64,000 nt of DNA from the IMG/VR virus record IMGVR_UViG_3300045988_174813, one strand, 5' to 3'. Shown one piece after another: positions 14,995 through 27,215 of this stretch. Origin of the DNA: a virus. Position 1 is the first letter of the stretch, and every line of letters starts with the position of its first letter. The notes under the pieces are model-generated. The model ran no database searches and was not told the DNA's origin. It saw nothing but the letters and a program-made list of their open reading frames with translations. Position numbers and translations under genes: made by a program.

Positions 14995-15966
14995 ATGCCG
15001 ACACCGAAGAAAAAAGTTATTTTCCAAGATTGTGAGAAATGCGGGCGCACGTATGATAGTTCTAATTATCTTCCCACCCGCTCTCCGCTTTGTCCTTCTG
15101 GATATATTCATATTTGTAATAGGTGTTTAGAAAAGTGGTTCGCAGAACAGCCAGAAGAAACCAAATGGGAGGCTATTGATAAGATTTGTTAGTTAGTTGA
15201 TGTTCCATTTATTCCTGCACGATGGTAGAAATTGTATGATGACCAAAAAGAAAAAGCAATTTCTACTTATGTAGCAATATTCTAGTCTGCGGAGTATTCT
15301 CATATTGGTTGGCGCGAATACCAAAAAAAGTATGAAGAACTACGAGAAGAAGGTACATTAGACTACCAAGTTATCCCCGGATTAGAAGCTCAACGGCGCG
15401 AAGAACTAAAATCCAAATGGGGTTCGAACTATGATGATGAAGAGCTACAATATCTAGAACGTCTTTTCTAGGGTGTATAGAATACCCAAAACATCAATGG
15501 TGACCTTCAAATGGACCAAGCGTTGAAACTTTGTAAGTTGAGCTTGATTATTGATAGTCGTATTCGTGAAGGCGCGGATATTGATAAGATGCTTGGGTCT
15601 TATGAAAAGTTGGTAAAAATCGGAGAATTTACACCTAAGAACGCAAAGAATGCAGAGGATTTTGATAGTATTGGCGAGCTTGCGGCTTATCTTGAAAAGA
15701 CTGGTTTTGTAAATAAGTTTTATGATGGAGTAAAACGAGATATTGTTGATATTACAATGAACAATATTTAGAATTTTTGCCAAAGGCTTTATACTCAAGA
15801 GCCAGGTATTGGCGAAGAAATTACAAAACGTATTGAGGCTCTCCAAACGGCAAAAGATATTGAAGATTCTATGGGTCTATTGGATAATTATGCAAGTGAT
15901 GAAATGACTCAAGAAGTTGATGATTATTTTGAGTCGGAAGATTTTGACCCAGGGGTGATTGAATGA
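14995..15966 (+). CDS. putative terminase small subunit / DNA-recognition protein, 323 aa with 6 in-frame TAG (hand count)
   Basis: AGGAGG SD; N-terminal zinc ribbon CEKCG...CNRC; joins track ORFs 14995 and 15511 in frame; stop TGA overlaps the terL ATG (ATGA). Function inferred from position only. Confidence 0.5.
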
Positions 15967-17759
15967 TTGACACACCTGGTAGCATAATTACTAAAAGCTG
16001 TTTAGTAGCTACTTAGAAATTTTATAAGAATGGATTTGAAGTTGAAAAGGGAGTTATATTGACTCAACAAAAGATTGAATCTAATCGTAAATTATATGAA
16101 TATTATATAAATTTATTTACGGCTTACCCCGATCTTTATCTTGATTTGATCACTCCTTCTTATGATAGCTTTAGTCTCTTCTTTTATCAACGCATATTTA
16201 TTCGTGCGTCTATGCGTTATCGCTATCACTTTTGTACAGCTACACGCGCGTTCTCAAAAACTTTTGTATCAGTTTTAGCACTCATCTTGAAGTGCATTTT
16301 TCTTCCTGGCACTAAAGCATTCGTAGTTGCCCCTAATAAAAGCTAGGCTGCAAAAAATACTAAGGAAAAAATAGTTGAGATTTATTAGCATTTCCCTCTT
16401 TTGAGAAAAGAGATAATTGGTGGAGATATAAGCGATATGCCTGGCAATTTCGGCAAAGATTATATTACTTTGACTTTTAAAAATCATTCAGTACTTGATA
16501 TAGTCGGCGCATTAGATTCTACTCGTGGCGGACGTAGAAATGCTGGCCTGATTGATGAGGTGCGCGACCACGATGCGGATGCATTGAATAGCGTTGTTAT
16601 TCCTCTATTGAACGTTGCACGTCGTATGCCAAACGGAGAAGTAAATCCTTATGAACCACATCAAGCATAGTTATATATGACATCAGCTTCAATGAAATCT
16701 ACATATTGTTATGAAAAATTGGTTGAGCTTTTTGAACAAGAAATAATTGACCCACATAGTTGTTTCGTATGGGGGACTTCTTATCAAGTACCAATGGCTC
16801 ATGGTCTTATAAGTAAATAGTTTATTAATGAAGTACGTAGTGCGAGTACTTTCAAATCTGATGATTTTGCAAGAGAATATTGTAGTATATATACAGGCGG
16901 TTCGAATGAGTCTTGGTTCAACTACGACCGTATTTCTAAATATCGAAAAATTGTAAATCCAGAAACTCATCGAAAAAATATGAGCGACCACGATTTTTTC
17001 TACTTATTATCAGTGGATGTTGGCCGAATCGGTTGTCAAACTGTTGTTAGTGTTTTCAAGGTTTTTCGAAATCCAGAGGGCTTCAGAAGTAACCTTGTAA
17101 ATATGTATATACTTGGCAAACACGATTATGACCGCCATATGGAATACCAAGTGCGCGATTTGAAACGTATTATAAAAGCTTTTGATCCATTAGAGGTTGT
17201 GATAGATGGTAATGGACTTGGGGTATCAATGCTTGATTTTATGGCGCGACCCACTTTCGATAGTGAAGAAGGTATAATGTATTCTGCATACGGTAGTTTC
17301 AATGATGAAGATATGAAGAAAACTCAACCTCGTGATGCTATTTAGATTATTTATGTTATCAAAGCAAATACAAAGTTGAATAGTGAAATTCATAGTAATT
17401 GCTATTCGCGCCTTTATAGCGGGAAAGTTGGCTTACTCATAAAAGAACAAGAAGCTAAAAATAAGTTGATGGCAACTAAAGTAGGCCAAAAAATGAGCGT
17501 AGAAGACCGCGCGAAGCGCTTACTGCCCCATGAAATAACTACACGCCTATGCGATGAGTTAGGTAATTTACGTCTCAAACAAACTGGCAATCAGCAAGAT
17601 ATCGTGCTTGAACAAATCAATTCTCGATTTGGAAAAGATAAATTCTCTTCTTTCGAATATGGGCTATGGCGCATCAAAGAATTAGAAGATGAATACACTA
17701 AAAAGAAAGCCAAACGAATTGGCAAACGTATTTTGACCTTCTATACGGAGGCGAAATAA
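15963..17759 (+). CDS. terL: terminase large subunit, 598 aa with 6 in-frame TAG
   Basis: Joins track ORFs 16059, 16401, 16980 and 17376 (all in frame with 15963, breaks only at TAG). P-loop-like TATRAFSKT, Walker B GLIDEVRD, C-terminal nuclease-like LSVDVGR..VIDGNGLG. Confidence 0.8.
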
Positions 17760-17771
17760 AAGGAGGTATAA

Positions 17772-19292
17772 ATGGAAAACCAAAATGAAACCCCTAAACG
17801 CCTCCATGACTTTTCACTTGACGCTTTCAAAGCTTCTATAAATGCTATGATAGCCACTAGTGATAGTGGTTATCGTAGTATATATGAAATTGGAAGATTG
17901 CGCCGAGTAAAAGAATACAACGAGGAAGAAATAAAACGTATTATAGATAGTGGCACTTTACAATAGCAATAGGATTTATCTTACTCTTATTATTCTATTG
18001 ATGGCTTCTATCGTAGAATTTGCATTTATTATGCAACAATTCTAAAGTATTTAGGTATACTAATTCCAGACCCTGTATTTGGACATAGCATTATAGAAGA
18101 AAATATCTCTCGTCGTTATCACAAAGCCTTAGACTTTATTGACAAAGCGTCTATCCCCGCCTTAGCAACTAATATGATGATAAAGGCAGTAGTATATGGC
18201 GTATATTACGGAGTAATACAAACGCTGGACAAGGAACATTTTGCAATTTTAGACTTACCTGTTGGTTATTGTTATACACGGTATAAAGATGCTAGTGGAA
18301 ATGACCTTATTGAGTTTGATTTACGCTATTTTGCCACTTTGAGCGAAGCTGACGGTACTAGAGAGCGTGCTCTACGCGCTTATCCAAAAGAGATAGTGCG
18401 CGCTTGGAAACGCTGGGAGAATGGAAAGGGGAGCCAATATTATCTCATTCCTTCATCTATTGGAATTTGTATTCCCTTTTTTGATGGCCGTCCTTTTTTC
18501 TTGCCCGCTATTCCCTCAATTGTAAATTATCGTGATTATGAAGCAATGGAAAAAAAGAAGGACGCAGATGAAATAAAGAAAATACTTATTCAAAAAATTC
18601 CCCATCTTACAACCAACGGTGAACTTCTTTTTGAACCTCCTGAAGCTGAAGAAATTCATCGTGGCACTGTCAATATGTTGAAGAATAATAGTAATATTAG
18701 TGTGCTTACAACATACGCAGATGTAGATGTATAGGGAACTAACACTCAAAATGAAAGTGTGACAAAAAATAATCTTGAAAAGATTGCAAATACCGTTTAT
18801 CGCTCTGCTGGAGTAAGTGCTAATATTTTTGCTTCTACAAGCAATTTAGCTTTGACGGTATCGCTTCAAAATGACCTTGCGATGGTTATGCCCGTTGCGC
18901 AAAAAATTGCAAATGTGTTTACTAACGCAGTAAATGCTATGTTTAGCAACTCTAATATAAGGTTCAAATATAATATTTTACCTATTAGTTACTACAACGA
19001 AAAAGAATTTCTTGATAACACTTATAAAGGTGCGACTACTGGATATAGTTTTATTCTTCCGGCTTTGGCTATGGGGCTAAATCAAAAGGATATTGTAAAT
19101 GTGAAAGACCTTGAGAATGATTTACTTGGTTTGCGCGAACGCCTTATTCCACTTCAAACCTCATATACTGAAAGTAATAAAACTACTGGTAATGGTGCAG
19201 GGAGACCTACCTTACCAGATGATTAGAAATCAGATAAAACAATTCGCAATATCCAATCTCAAGGTGCGAGTGATGAAGGGGGCAATGAATAA
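17772..19292 (+). CDS. portal protein, 506 aa with 4 in-frame TAG
   Basis: AGGAGG SD; joins track ORFs 17772, 18174 and 18759 in frame; position directly after terL; length and composition are typical of a portal; ends in TAA. Confidence 0.7.
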
Positions 19293-20683
19293 TGGAAGAC
19301 CAGTTGAAAGACTTTCAACGGCAACTTCAAGTAGTTGTCTACGAAATAAAATCAAAATTTAACGAAATTAGTAGCATAGCCCGTGCACGCATTTTTTATA
19401 AGGGGTAGAATAGGAATGCTACTTATATAACAGAGGAGTTCGCGGAAAAACTTTTGGCTACAGTTCCTTATACTCCAGTAAAGGGTATTTGGGATGAAAC
19501 TAAAGGAGATTTTCTTGACCACGGCGAAAGTCGCACGCAAGGTAAGATTTACGGCGTTGTGCTGGCTGAACCTAATTTTGCTTGGGAAGACTTCATAGAT
19601 AAGGATGGAATTACGCGCACCTATGCTTGTGTTGATGTTCTTGTGTATACTGAAATCTATCCTGAAGCAAAATATATTGTCGGGAAATCATTGTCGATGG
19701 AATTACTTCCAAAGACAATAAAAGGTAAATGGGAAGATATAGATGGAACACAAGTTTATGTGTTTTCTGAAGCTTCTTTTGCCGGCCTCCAAGCTTTAGG
19801 TGATGATGTGGAGCCTTGCTTTGAGGGCGCGGCCTTCTTCGAACTTTTCAACCAAATGTAGGAACTCTACAGTAAAATACAGCAATATAATTTGAAATCA
19901 GGAGGAAAGAGCATGGAAATCAATTTCAAGCTTTCTGATAGTCAGAAGTATGATTTGATTTGGAAAGCCGTAAATCCTGAATATACAGAGGAAGGCGGTT
20001 GGGTGTGTTCCACCTCCGTTTGCGATGTATATGATGATTACGCATTGTGCTATGACTACGAAAATTCACAATATTTTCGTCAGTATTACACAAAGAATGA
20101 GGATAGCATTACTCTCGGTGATAAAGTAAATGCCTATATTATTGAAGTCAATGAGAGTGAAATGAATGCCCTTAATGCTCTGCGCGCCCTCAATGGTGGC
20201 AACTATGAGAAGATTGATGAGAATTACACTGCTTTGAAAGAGCAAAATGAGCAATTCTCTGCTACTATTACTGAGCGTGATGCGAGTATCGAGGAGTACA
20301 ACACGCAGATTACCAATCTCCAGAATGAGCTTGAAACTGCGAATAATAATTTAGCTACTGCGCAGGCTGACCTTGAAGTTGCAAATAATTCTCTTAACGA
20401 AGTCACCACAGAGCGTGATAGCTTGAAAGATTACCAGCATACTGTTGAAACTGGTAACAAGCAAAAGATTATTGAAAAATATGCTTTGAAGTTGGATGAT
20501 GAAGTCGTCGCTAACTACACTGCGAAGATTGATGAGTATACTGTGGAAAGCCTTGAAAAGGACCTCTCTTATGAGCTTGTTAAGGCCACACCGTCTATCT
20601 TTTCGGCTACTGAGCCGACTGTTATTCCCAAGGCGGACACCCCGCTCTCTGGAATTGAAGCAATTTTGAATCAATATAAGTAA
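19292..20683 (+). CDS. putative prohead protease (XkdF-like?) fused in frame through TAG to a coiled-coil scaffold protein, 463 aa if read through
   Basis: TAATG coupling to the portal; joins track ORFs 19454 and 19892 in frame. The C-terminal half is a coiled coil (NLQNELETANNNLATAQADLEVANNSL). An internal AGGAGG plus ATG at 19913 could also give a separate scaffold product. The protease call is weak. Confidence 0.5.
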
Positions 20684-20699
20684 TGGAGGGTAAAACCTA

Positions 20700-21245
20700 A
20701 TGAGCAAGAAATTTGAAATCGATCTCTACTCTCAGTTAGAGTTGAATAACGTTGCCTTCCGCCGCGATGGTCGTATTGAGGCCCAGTGTGCGTTAGATGA
20801 AGGCTTTAGTGAAGCCCCTGCCGAAAATGGTATGCTTCTTGCCGTTGACAAGGCCAATGGTCTTATCAAGCTTCCTGTTGATGGCTCTCTTCCAATTGCT
20901 CTGAATTATACTGCTGAGCATATGTATGACGAGCGCAAGATGGGTCTGAAGAACTTCTGCCTCCGTCCTGAAGATGGCTTCTATCCTCGCATGGGCTATC
21001 TTTCTGTGGGAGATCTTTTTACCACAAACTGCCTTTGCTATAATGAGACAGATTATACTACTCAGAATGCTCTTGAAGAGGCTCTTGGCAAGCTTGGCGA
21101 GACTGCTGTTTATGGTGGCGCTGATGCTTCTGGCCGTATCTGCCTCTCGAAGGAAAAGCCTGCCTTTGGTCCTGTGCTCAAGGCCGTCAAGTTCTATACC
21201 ATGCCTAACGGCGAGCCTGGCGTGAAGTTCCAGGTTATTGGTTAA
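20700..21245 (+). CDS. virion protein (head decoration or accessory?), 181 aa, no TAG
   Basis: Intact ORF with SD GGAGGG, between the scaffold and the major capsid gene. Confidence 0.65.
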   Translation: MSKKFEIDLYSQLELNNVAFRRDGRIEAQCALDEGFSEAPAENGMLLAVDKANGLIKLPVDGSLPIALNYTAEHMYDERKMGLKNFCLRPEDGFYPRMGYLSVGDLFTTNCLCYNETDYTTQNALEEALGKLGETAVYGGADASGRICLSKEKPAFGPVLKAVKFYTMPNGEPGVKFQVIG

Positions 21246-21266
21246 TCTAAGGAGGAGGTAAATATA

Positions 21267-22316
21267 ATGGCTACTATTGCTGAAATCAAAGAATTAGCTC
21301 TTCATGCAGCCAAGGGTACTGCTCCTGCTAATTTTAGTGAGAAGAATGTAAATGATGCTCTTCGTGGCGAAATGGCCGCGATGTGCAGTTCTATCAATGA
21401 GTTCCGTCGTAATCAATATGATATTTTCCAGATTATGATTGAGACTGCGGATGAGGTTGTTCCTCCCAAAGTCATTGCCCGTATGGGTTCTTTCGCGGAA
21501 ATCAAGTCTGTTTCTCAGGGAACAAAGGCTATCTTCCGTAAGAAGCTCGGCAAGAACCGCGCGAAGAGCTTTGTAACTCGCGTTGGTCTTTCTGGCGTAT
21601 ATGAAACCTTCCGTCTTGATGCTGAAGAGTATGAAGTCAGTGCGAAGGCTGTTGGCTCTGCCGGCACGATTGACTTTGAACGTTTCCTTGATGGCGCTGA
21701 AAGCATGGCTGATATTATGGAGATTATTGTTGAAGGTCTTGAAGATGCGGCCTACATTGAAGTTGCTCGTTGCTTGATAGGTAGCTTGAATAATGTCAAG
21801 CGTCCTGCCGCGAACCAGTATATTGATAGCGCTTTCAATGCTGCGAACCTTCAGAAGCTTGTCAACACCGTGAAGATGTATGGCGATGGCGCTGTTATTT
21901 TCGCGGCTCCTGAGTTCATCGCTGCTATGGGTCCTGACGCGATTGTTCCTGCGATTGCTGGTGTCGCCCAGGGTATTTATTCTCCTGATGATATCGAGAG
22001 CATTCACAATCTTGGCCGTATTCGTATTTTCCGTGGTTGCCCGATTGTGGAGATTCCTCAAGGTTTTGTTGACGAAAGCAATACTTCTACTTGGATTAAT
22101 CCTCAGTTTGCTTATGTCTTCCCCGCTGGCCGTGAGAAGGTTGTTAAGTTCGTATTCGAGGGCGATACTCAGATGTGGCTTAGTGATAACCGCGACCAGT
22201 CTATGGAGGTTAACTTCTATAAGAAGATGGGCGCCGCCATCCATACTTTCAATAACTGGGGTATCTATCAGAATACCGGCATTGCCGATACTTCTGCTCA
22301 ACCCTACGGTTTCTAA
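21267..22316 (+). CDS. major capsid protein, 349 aa, no TAG
   Basis: AGGAGGAGG SD; position after the scaffold; size and strong codon bias (long stop-free antisense shadow) are typical of a highly expressed HK97-fold capsid gene. Confidence 0.75.
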   Translation: MATIAEIKELALHAAKGTAPANFSEKNVNDALRGEMAAMCSSINEFRRNQYDIFQIMIETADEVVPPKVIARMGSFAEIKSVSQGTKAIFRKKLGKNRAKSFVTRVGLSGVYETFRLDAEEYEVSAKAVGSAGTIDFERFLDGAESMADIMEIIVEGLEDAAYIEVARCLIGSLNNVKRPAANQYIDSAFNAANLQKLVNTVKMYGDGAVIFAAPEFIAAMGPDAIVPAIAGVAQGIYSPDDIESIHNLGRIRIFRGCPIVEIPQGFVDESNTSTWINPQFAYVFPAGREKVVKFVFEGDTQMWLSDNRDQSMEVNFYKKMGAAIHTFNNWGIYQNTGIADTSAQPYGF

Positions 22317-22390
22317 TCTAGATAACTAATTTATAATATAGGTGGGGAGGTTATCAACCTCCCCAACCGGAGTAAAAGGAGAGAATTATA

Positions 22391-22873
22391 ATGGATGCTG
22401 AATATAAAGTAAAAGTTTCCAGTCAGTGTACTGGTCATGTGGGACTTACAGTTCCAAATCGCAATTTTGTGCGCAATTGGTCAAAGAAAGGACAAACAAT
22501 ACCTATTCCTTTTGAAGTCCTTGAAGAAGCAATTTTTGATGAGGGCTTTATGAATATGATAAATCAAGGTATACTTCATATTGATGACCTTGCGGCTGCT
22601 AAAGCTCTTGGTATTGAGCCAGAGGACGCAAAGATGCCTGTAAATCATAAAGTATATTCTGACGGTGATTTGAAGTATATGTTGAATTTTGATAAGCAAG
22701 CTGACTTTGAAGAAAAGTTTTTGACTATGCCTCGTGAATAGCAAATGCAGTTAGTTGATATGGCTGTAGATATGCGTGTGCGCGATGGCGATAAAATTGC
22801 TTTTATCAAGAAGATTCTTGGAGTAGATATTGATAAGGAGATTTCTTTTGACCTTCGAATGAAGGAGGAGTAA
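22391..22873 (+). CDS. hypothetical head-associated protein, 160 aa with 1 TAG
   Basis: Track ORF 22391-22741 continues in frame through TAG to the TAA at 22871. Confidence 0.6.
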
Positions 22874-22874
22874 T

Positions 22875-23306
22875 ATGAGCACTCCTTATTCACAAGTGTA
22901 TGATGCATTCACTTCGAAAATTCTCGACGATGAATGGCAGACTTGGGATGACCCTGAAATGGTTGCTGCGGATATGCGCCAACTACTTGAAGATGGGATT
23001 GTACATTTCAAGTTCCCCCGAACTTCTCTTACAAGAGATGACGATGGTTTTATCAATACTCTGAATGCCACTGAAATTCAGATTATTGCTACATATATGA
23101 AAATTGAGTGGTTAGATAGATGTATTTTGACGTGGCAACATTTGAAGCCACTGTATAGTGAAGCTGACTTTTCTCAAGCAAATCTTATTGACAAGTTTAC
23201 CAAATTACTTGATAAGGAATGGACACGCGCCCGCAAACTGGAAGCAAATTACTACCGTTCTGTGGATGAAAAGCCGTGGCCTTTCCGTAATATGGCGGGT
23301 AATTGA
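22875..23306 (+). CDS. putative head-tail connector/adaptor, 143 aa
   Basis: AGGAGGAG SD; position and N-terminus (YSQVYDAFTSKILDDEW) are typical of gp6-like connectors. Inferred. Confidence 0.55.
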   Translation: MSTPYSQVYDAFTSKILDDEWQTWDDPEMVAADMRQLLEDGIVHFKFPRTSLTRDDDGFINTLNATEIQIIATYMKIEWLDRCILTWQHLKPLYSEADFSQANLIDKFTKLLDKEWTRARKLEANYYRSVDEKPWPFRNMAGN

Positions 23307-23307
23307 T

Positions 23308-23580
23308 ATGGAACAACTTGATGAAAAGACAGTATGGGATGGGTATATAAATTAGTTTCGCAATAAATTATTTGGACTTCTTTGTGAATTTGAGAAACAG
23401 GGAGAATGGGAAAAATTTCTCGATAGCCTATTGATTGAATTAGGTGGTTTTGATAGCTCCCATAGGTCTATAAATTATTATAAATTGTCTCATAATATGA
23501 ATTAGTTGCGCTATGTGAGATATGAATATTTTCGTAGCATAATTTTTGAATGTATGGGACTTTTGTCGAAGATAAAATGA
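23308..23580 (+). CDS. hypothetical neck protein, 90 aa with 2 TAG
   Basis: Starts 1 nt after the previous TGA; single frame broken only by TAG; its TGA overlaps the next ATG (ATGA). Confidence 0.5.
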
Positions 23581-24281
23581 ATTATTATGATGAAGTTTAT
23601 TTGAAACGTCTAAATAGATATGGGACTGATTTTGCTTCACGGGTGCAAGGTCAGCGCGAAGCTGATTGGATGAGATATAAGTCTATGTCTACTTACAGGG
23701 TTGAATTTGAGGATGAAGAAGGGAATAAACTTTCTGGAACTCTTGAACCAAATAAGTAGGATGAGACGGAAACTACTCAATGGTTGCTTTTAGATTTGGA
23801 TAAAAAGTATCCTGGAGGTACTATTTTTCTAATTTCTGGAAAGCATAGCGAGAATCGCTGGATGATTTTGTTTTTGCGCGAGACACAATCAAAAGGCTAT
23901 AACAAATATATGGTGCTAAAACTGACCCATCTTATTCAGTGGAAAGATAGGGCGGGCGCGCAACATGAAAGTTGGGGATACTTTTATGGGAAAATGGACC
24001 GCATTATTTATGATGTAATTCGTTCTACAGCAAAGAACCCCAATTATCAAGACCCAGATAAAGAAACTCATATTATTATGCCGACCACTAAAGATTTGAA
24101 ACGAGAAGATTATCTCGTTATTGATGAAGAGGGGTATATTGTAACTGGTTATGATTTGAGTTCTACGCCTGGAGTTGAATATTTTAGTTTGAAAGAGACA
24201 ATGGTGCGAGATACTACACCAGTTGATATTGTTGGTGAAACTGGTGATGATACTTTCTGGCTTACAGGAGGTAATGAGTGA
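23577..24281 (+). CDS. hypothetical neck/tail-joining protein, 234 aa with 1 TAG
   Basis: Joins track ORFs 23550 and 23784 in frame; TGATG coupling to the next gene. Confidence 0.55.
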
Positions 24282-24760
24282 TGGGAGTAAGAAATCTAGG
24301 AGAAATGGGGCAAAACTTACAAAAGATAATAAAGCGTTTACTTGCTAATTAGAACCTTTGTAAGTTATTATATTATACTGATAAAGACCCCTTGAACGGA
24401 GAAGATATCTCTGATACTACAATTCTTTATGGTAAGCAAATTACTATAAATCCACAATATAATCCCGCTGAAAAGGATTATAGTGTTGTTATTCCAATGG
24501 TATAGCATGGTCGGCGCGGAAAGAATGATGAATTTACAGATATACTTATTCGTATTTATATCTATGTTCCGCAAACCCAGTGGATTATAAAAAGTGATAA
24601 TTTGCGCCCGTATCTTATTCTTGGCGAATTACAAAACAGTTTGGAAGATAAGAATATAAATGGGCTAGGAACCATCAATTGTAGTGATTTTGTTTTGAAC
24701 ATGGTTACAGAACAAATGACTAGCTACTATATAGATTTCAACATTACTCAATTTGCATAA
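24281..24760 (+). CDS. hypothetical tail-completion/neck protein, 159 aa with 2 TAG
   Basis: Single frame broken only by TAG; TAATG coupling to the next gene. Confidence 0.5.
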
Positions 24761-25473
24761 TGATTGAAGAAGCATTCATAGGTTATCCAATAAACTTTTA
24801 GGATATTTGCTTGGTATATCCGCCTTTCAATAAAGATATAATTGCATTTGGATATTAGAAATTTATGGTGCTTACGTCTCTTTTGACACAAACCCAAGAC
24901 GACATAGATGATTAGTTAGCTGATGCAAAGTTAGACCAAAATCCAACTCCTTTTTAGCAACTATTTCTTTAGGCTACTTTATATCCTCCAATGAAATCAC
25001 ATATTTGTGAAATTTTGAAGTTTTTTACTCATATGGATATCAGGCTATTACCAGAGATTGGTGGTATAGTATTTGGAGAAGTGACTGAAAAGCGCATTAT
25101 TACAGAAGAGAACTTTTTTGATTTTCAAAATGTAATTCGCGCGGTCATAGGCAATAAACTAGAAGAAAAGCCTAAAGAAAATGAAAACCCACGTATTCGA
25201 CGTATGAAAGCATTATCTCGAAAAAGAGATAGAATAAAAGCTAAGTAGCATAAAGCACCACAAGAACTACTTACTTTACTTACTTCGGTATGCTGTATGA
25301 ATACTGGACTAAATCCATCTAATGTCGGTGAAATTACTTATGCAGCGACTAAGTCGCTTATAGATAGATATACCGAAAAGGATGCGTATGAGACACGCAC
25401 CGCTGCGATGCTTGCTGGAGCAGAGAGTGAAGGCAAGGAACAAACTTATTGGATTCGAGACTTAGATAGCTGA
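24760..25473 (+). CDS. hypothetical structural protein, 237 aa with 6 TAG
   Basis: Contains track ORF 24991-25248 in frame; ends in TGA at 25471. Confidence 0.5.
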
Positions 25474-25499
25474 AAACTTCTATATAGGAGGTTACCTAA

Positions 25500-26303
25500 A
25501 TGGCTTCTATTTTAGATAGATATGGCATTAAAGAGGTTGCTGACGTAACATTCTGGCACCTCAATGAGCATGGTGAACCTGATTTCCCCGTGCTTTATCT
25601 TGACACACTGAAGGTTTCTACAATTGAGCAGACCGCTTCTACTGCTGATGCTACTGGCGGTAAGGGCAATGCCAAGCTCGTAAGCTGGGATTATGGTAAG
25701 GAAATCAATGTTACTCTTGAAGATGCGTTGTTCTCTCCTAAGTCCATGTCACTTATGTTTAGTGGCTCAAAGGGTACAATTGATACCACAGCTAAGAAAA
25801 TAAAGAAGACCATCAATTATTTGAATACTACAGATGATGCTGCGCTCCCTCAGAAGCTTATCAAGCAAGAAGATGGAACATACCGTGTTGCCACTGCGGA
25901 AGAAATTACCAATGGTGGAGAAAATCTTGTTGCTGTTGAATGGTATAAAGCTGATGCGAAGGATGCCAAAGATGGTAAAGTTGGAGAAACTGCTACAGCC
26001 AAAGCTGGCGAGCGCTTTATTGGCGTGTATGTTGTGGATGTTGCTGTGGGCAATGGTAAGACCATTACAATCGACGCGGCGCACTTCCCTGGCACTTATC
26101 GTGTTGTTGGCGACACTTATAGCCGTAGTGAAGCGAGTGGCGAGGATGAATTCTTCCAGTTCGTAATTTACAAGGCTAAGGTTTCTGCTGAGAATACCAT
26201 TACTCTTCAGGCTGATGGCGATCCTTCTACCTTTAATCTTAACCTCACTGTTCTTCGTAATAGTGACGGTAAGATGATGGACCTTATTCAGTACAAGGTG
26301 TAA
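25500..26303 (+). CDS. major tail (tube) protein, 267 aa, no TAG
   Basis: AGGAGG SD, strong codon bias, strong terminator downstream, position upstream of the tape measure. Confidence 0.65.
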   Translation: MASILDRYGIKEVADVTFWHLNEHGEPDFPVLYLDTLKVSTIEQTASTADATGGKGNAKLVSWDYGKEINVTLEDALFSPKSMSLMFSGSKGTIDTTAKKIKKTINYLNTTDDAALPQKLIKQEDGTYRVATAEEITNGGENLVAVEWYKADAKDAKDGKVGETATAKAGERFIGVYVVDVAVGNGKTITIDAAHFPGTYRVVGDTYSRSEASGEDEFFQFVIYKAKVSAENTITLQADGDPSTFNLNLTVLRNSDGKMMDLIQYKV

Positions 26304-26318
26304 TTTATATAACATATT

Positions 26319-26348
26319 AGAGAGGGAGAATTCCCTCTCTTTTTTTAT
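26319..26348 (+). terminator. rho-independent terminator after the tail tube gene
   Basis: AGAGAGGGA-GAAT-TCCCTCTCT followed by TTTTTTTAT. Confidence 0.85.
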
Positions 26349-26432
26349 TGATTTGATTGCGCGGGCTCAACAAAAATGTAGGAACTATATGTATAAAAAT
26401 CCACTTATATATGAGAAAGGAGGCTTTAGCAC

Positions 26433-27215
26433 ATGAGTGAACAATTATTTGGTGCCAAAGAACTCTATGACGTAGTTTTACGAACAACCTTTGAAACTAC
26501 TATAAATGGGAAGCATTATGATGAAGGAGAAGTCGTAGTTAGATTTGGACGACTTCAAATCGCGCAATTGAACGGACGTTATTCATATGTCGCTGCGAAA
26601 GGCGGTTATGATAATAGAGAATTAGTTACTTGGGAAAATATGAATAGCGTGTCGCTTACTTTTTCTCAAGGAGTTTTTTCTAAAACTTAGTTGGCTTTTC
26701 TTATGAATAGTAGTATTAACCAGTAGGCTATGCCAGAAAAGAAATTGGTTCCTAAAACAGAAACTCTAGAAGCAGATGATGAAGGGGCTGTAAATCTTCA
26801 TTTTATACCTCAAAAATTATTTGTGTATTAGAAAGATGGCTCTCGCGTAAAGGATTTTGTTCTTGAAGGACAAAAAATAAAGGGTTTAACTACATATGAA
26901 GAATATGTATGTGACTATTATTATGAATATCAAGAAGATATAGTTTATCTCCAAAGTGGGCTTGGAATAACTAATGGTTATTTACGCTTGGAGGGTAAAA
27001 CGAGATTAAAGGATGATAATACTGGGCATATTGTAACGGGATTGATTACAATACCGAGACTAAAGTTGAAAACTGGTATATCAGCAAGATTGGGAGCTAA
27101 TGCGGAACCTATTATTGGAACTTTCCAAGGTGAGGGCTACCCAGTTGGGACAAGGGAAAATAAGACGGTGTGTAGTCTTACTATATTGTCTGATGATATA
27201 GATAGTGATTTTTGA
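26433..27215 (+). CDS. tail tube paralog / tail accessory protein, 260 aa with 3 TAG
   Basis: AGGAGG SD; joins track ORFs 26433 and 26988 in frame. AAKGGYDNRELVTWENMNSVSLTFSQGVFS parallels ATGGKGNAKLVSWDYGKEINVTLEDALFS of 25500-26303. Confidence 0.55.

Noticed and set aside
15421-15431. GGTTCGAA T-loop-like strings (also about 16908) as tRNA genes
   Set aside because: The flanks cannot form T, anticodon or acceptor stems. Both lie in frame within the small-terminase-like and terL coding sequences.
21294-22301. 335-aa minus-strand ORF opposite the capsid gene (and 25767-26315 opposite the tube gene)
   Set aside because: These are shadow ORFs created by strong codon bias of the plus-strand genes. 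Their products are low-complexity, they have no translation signals, and they sit inside a co-directional operon.
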